Shown piece after piece: positions 47,869-47,950 of a stretch of DNA of 47,950 bases. The translations under genes and the position numbers were made by a program. The DNA is taken from assembly GCF_001194135.2 (NCBI RefSeq), contig NC_068986.1:37396966-37444915 (forward strand), given 5' to 3'. The stretch comes from Octopus bimaculoides. Taxonomy: Eukaryota. A model generated the notes under the pieces. The model was given only the letters and a program-made list of their open reading frames with translations. It was not told where the DNA came from and did no database searches. Position 1 is the stretch's first letter, and each line of letters starts with the position of its first letter.

Positions 47869-47950
47869 GTGTGCGTATGTGTGCGTGTGTGTGGGGTGGG
47901 TATTTATATGAGAAAGAAGGAACAAATGACAGGACAACCAGATGGGGGGG

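Overview
AT-rich, microsatellite-saturated eukaryotic non-coding DNA from a gapped draft assembly. It has 16 N-runs totalling about 6.3 kb (~13%), many flanked by (AT)n. The SINE families and extreme microsatellite load match my recollection of Octopus repeats (probably O. bimaculoides); this is inferred, not searched. I found no convincing host protein-coding exon, rRNA, intact tRNA or CRISPR array. Almost all ORFs in the supplied track are translations of microsatellites or N-gaps. The real coding signal is decayed retroelement sequence: an RTE-like C-terminus fused in frame to an internally deleted R4/Dong-type RT plus CCHC knuckle (1250-2212), an RTE/BovB-like RT C-terminal piece (10960-11400), an RTE-like 3' end (30470-30660), a Penelope-like RT (32890-33680), a CR1/L2-like RT (40340-40560) and a probable APE endonuclease (46640-47120). 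There are also more than 25 tRNA-derived SINE copies or fragments, a foldback MITE, hAT-, Tc2/pogo- and Helitron-like ends, and an interstitial (CCCTAA)n array. The best second-look items are a 60-nt pre-miRNA-like hairpin (44534-44593), the telomeric array, the chimeric retro-ORF and a same-strand GCAGGTGT cluster. I do not see evidence for a complete novel biological system.
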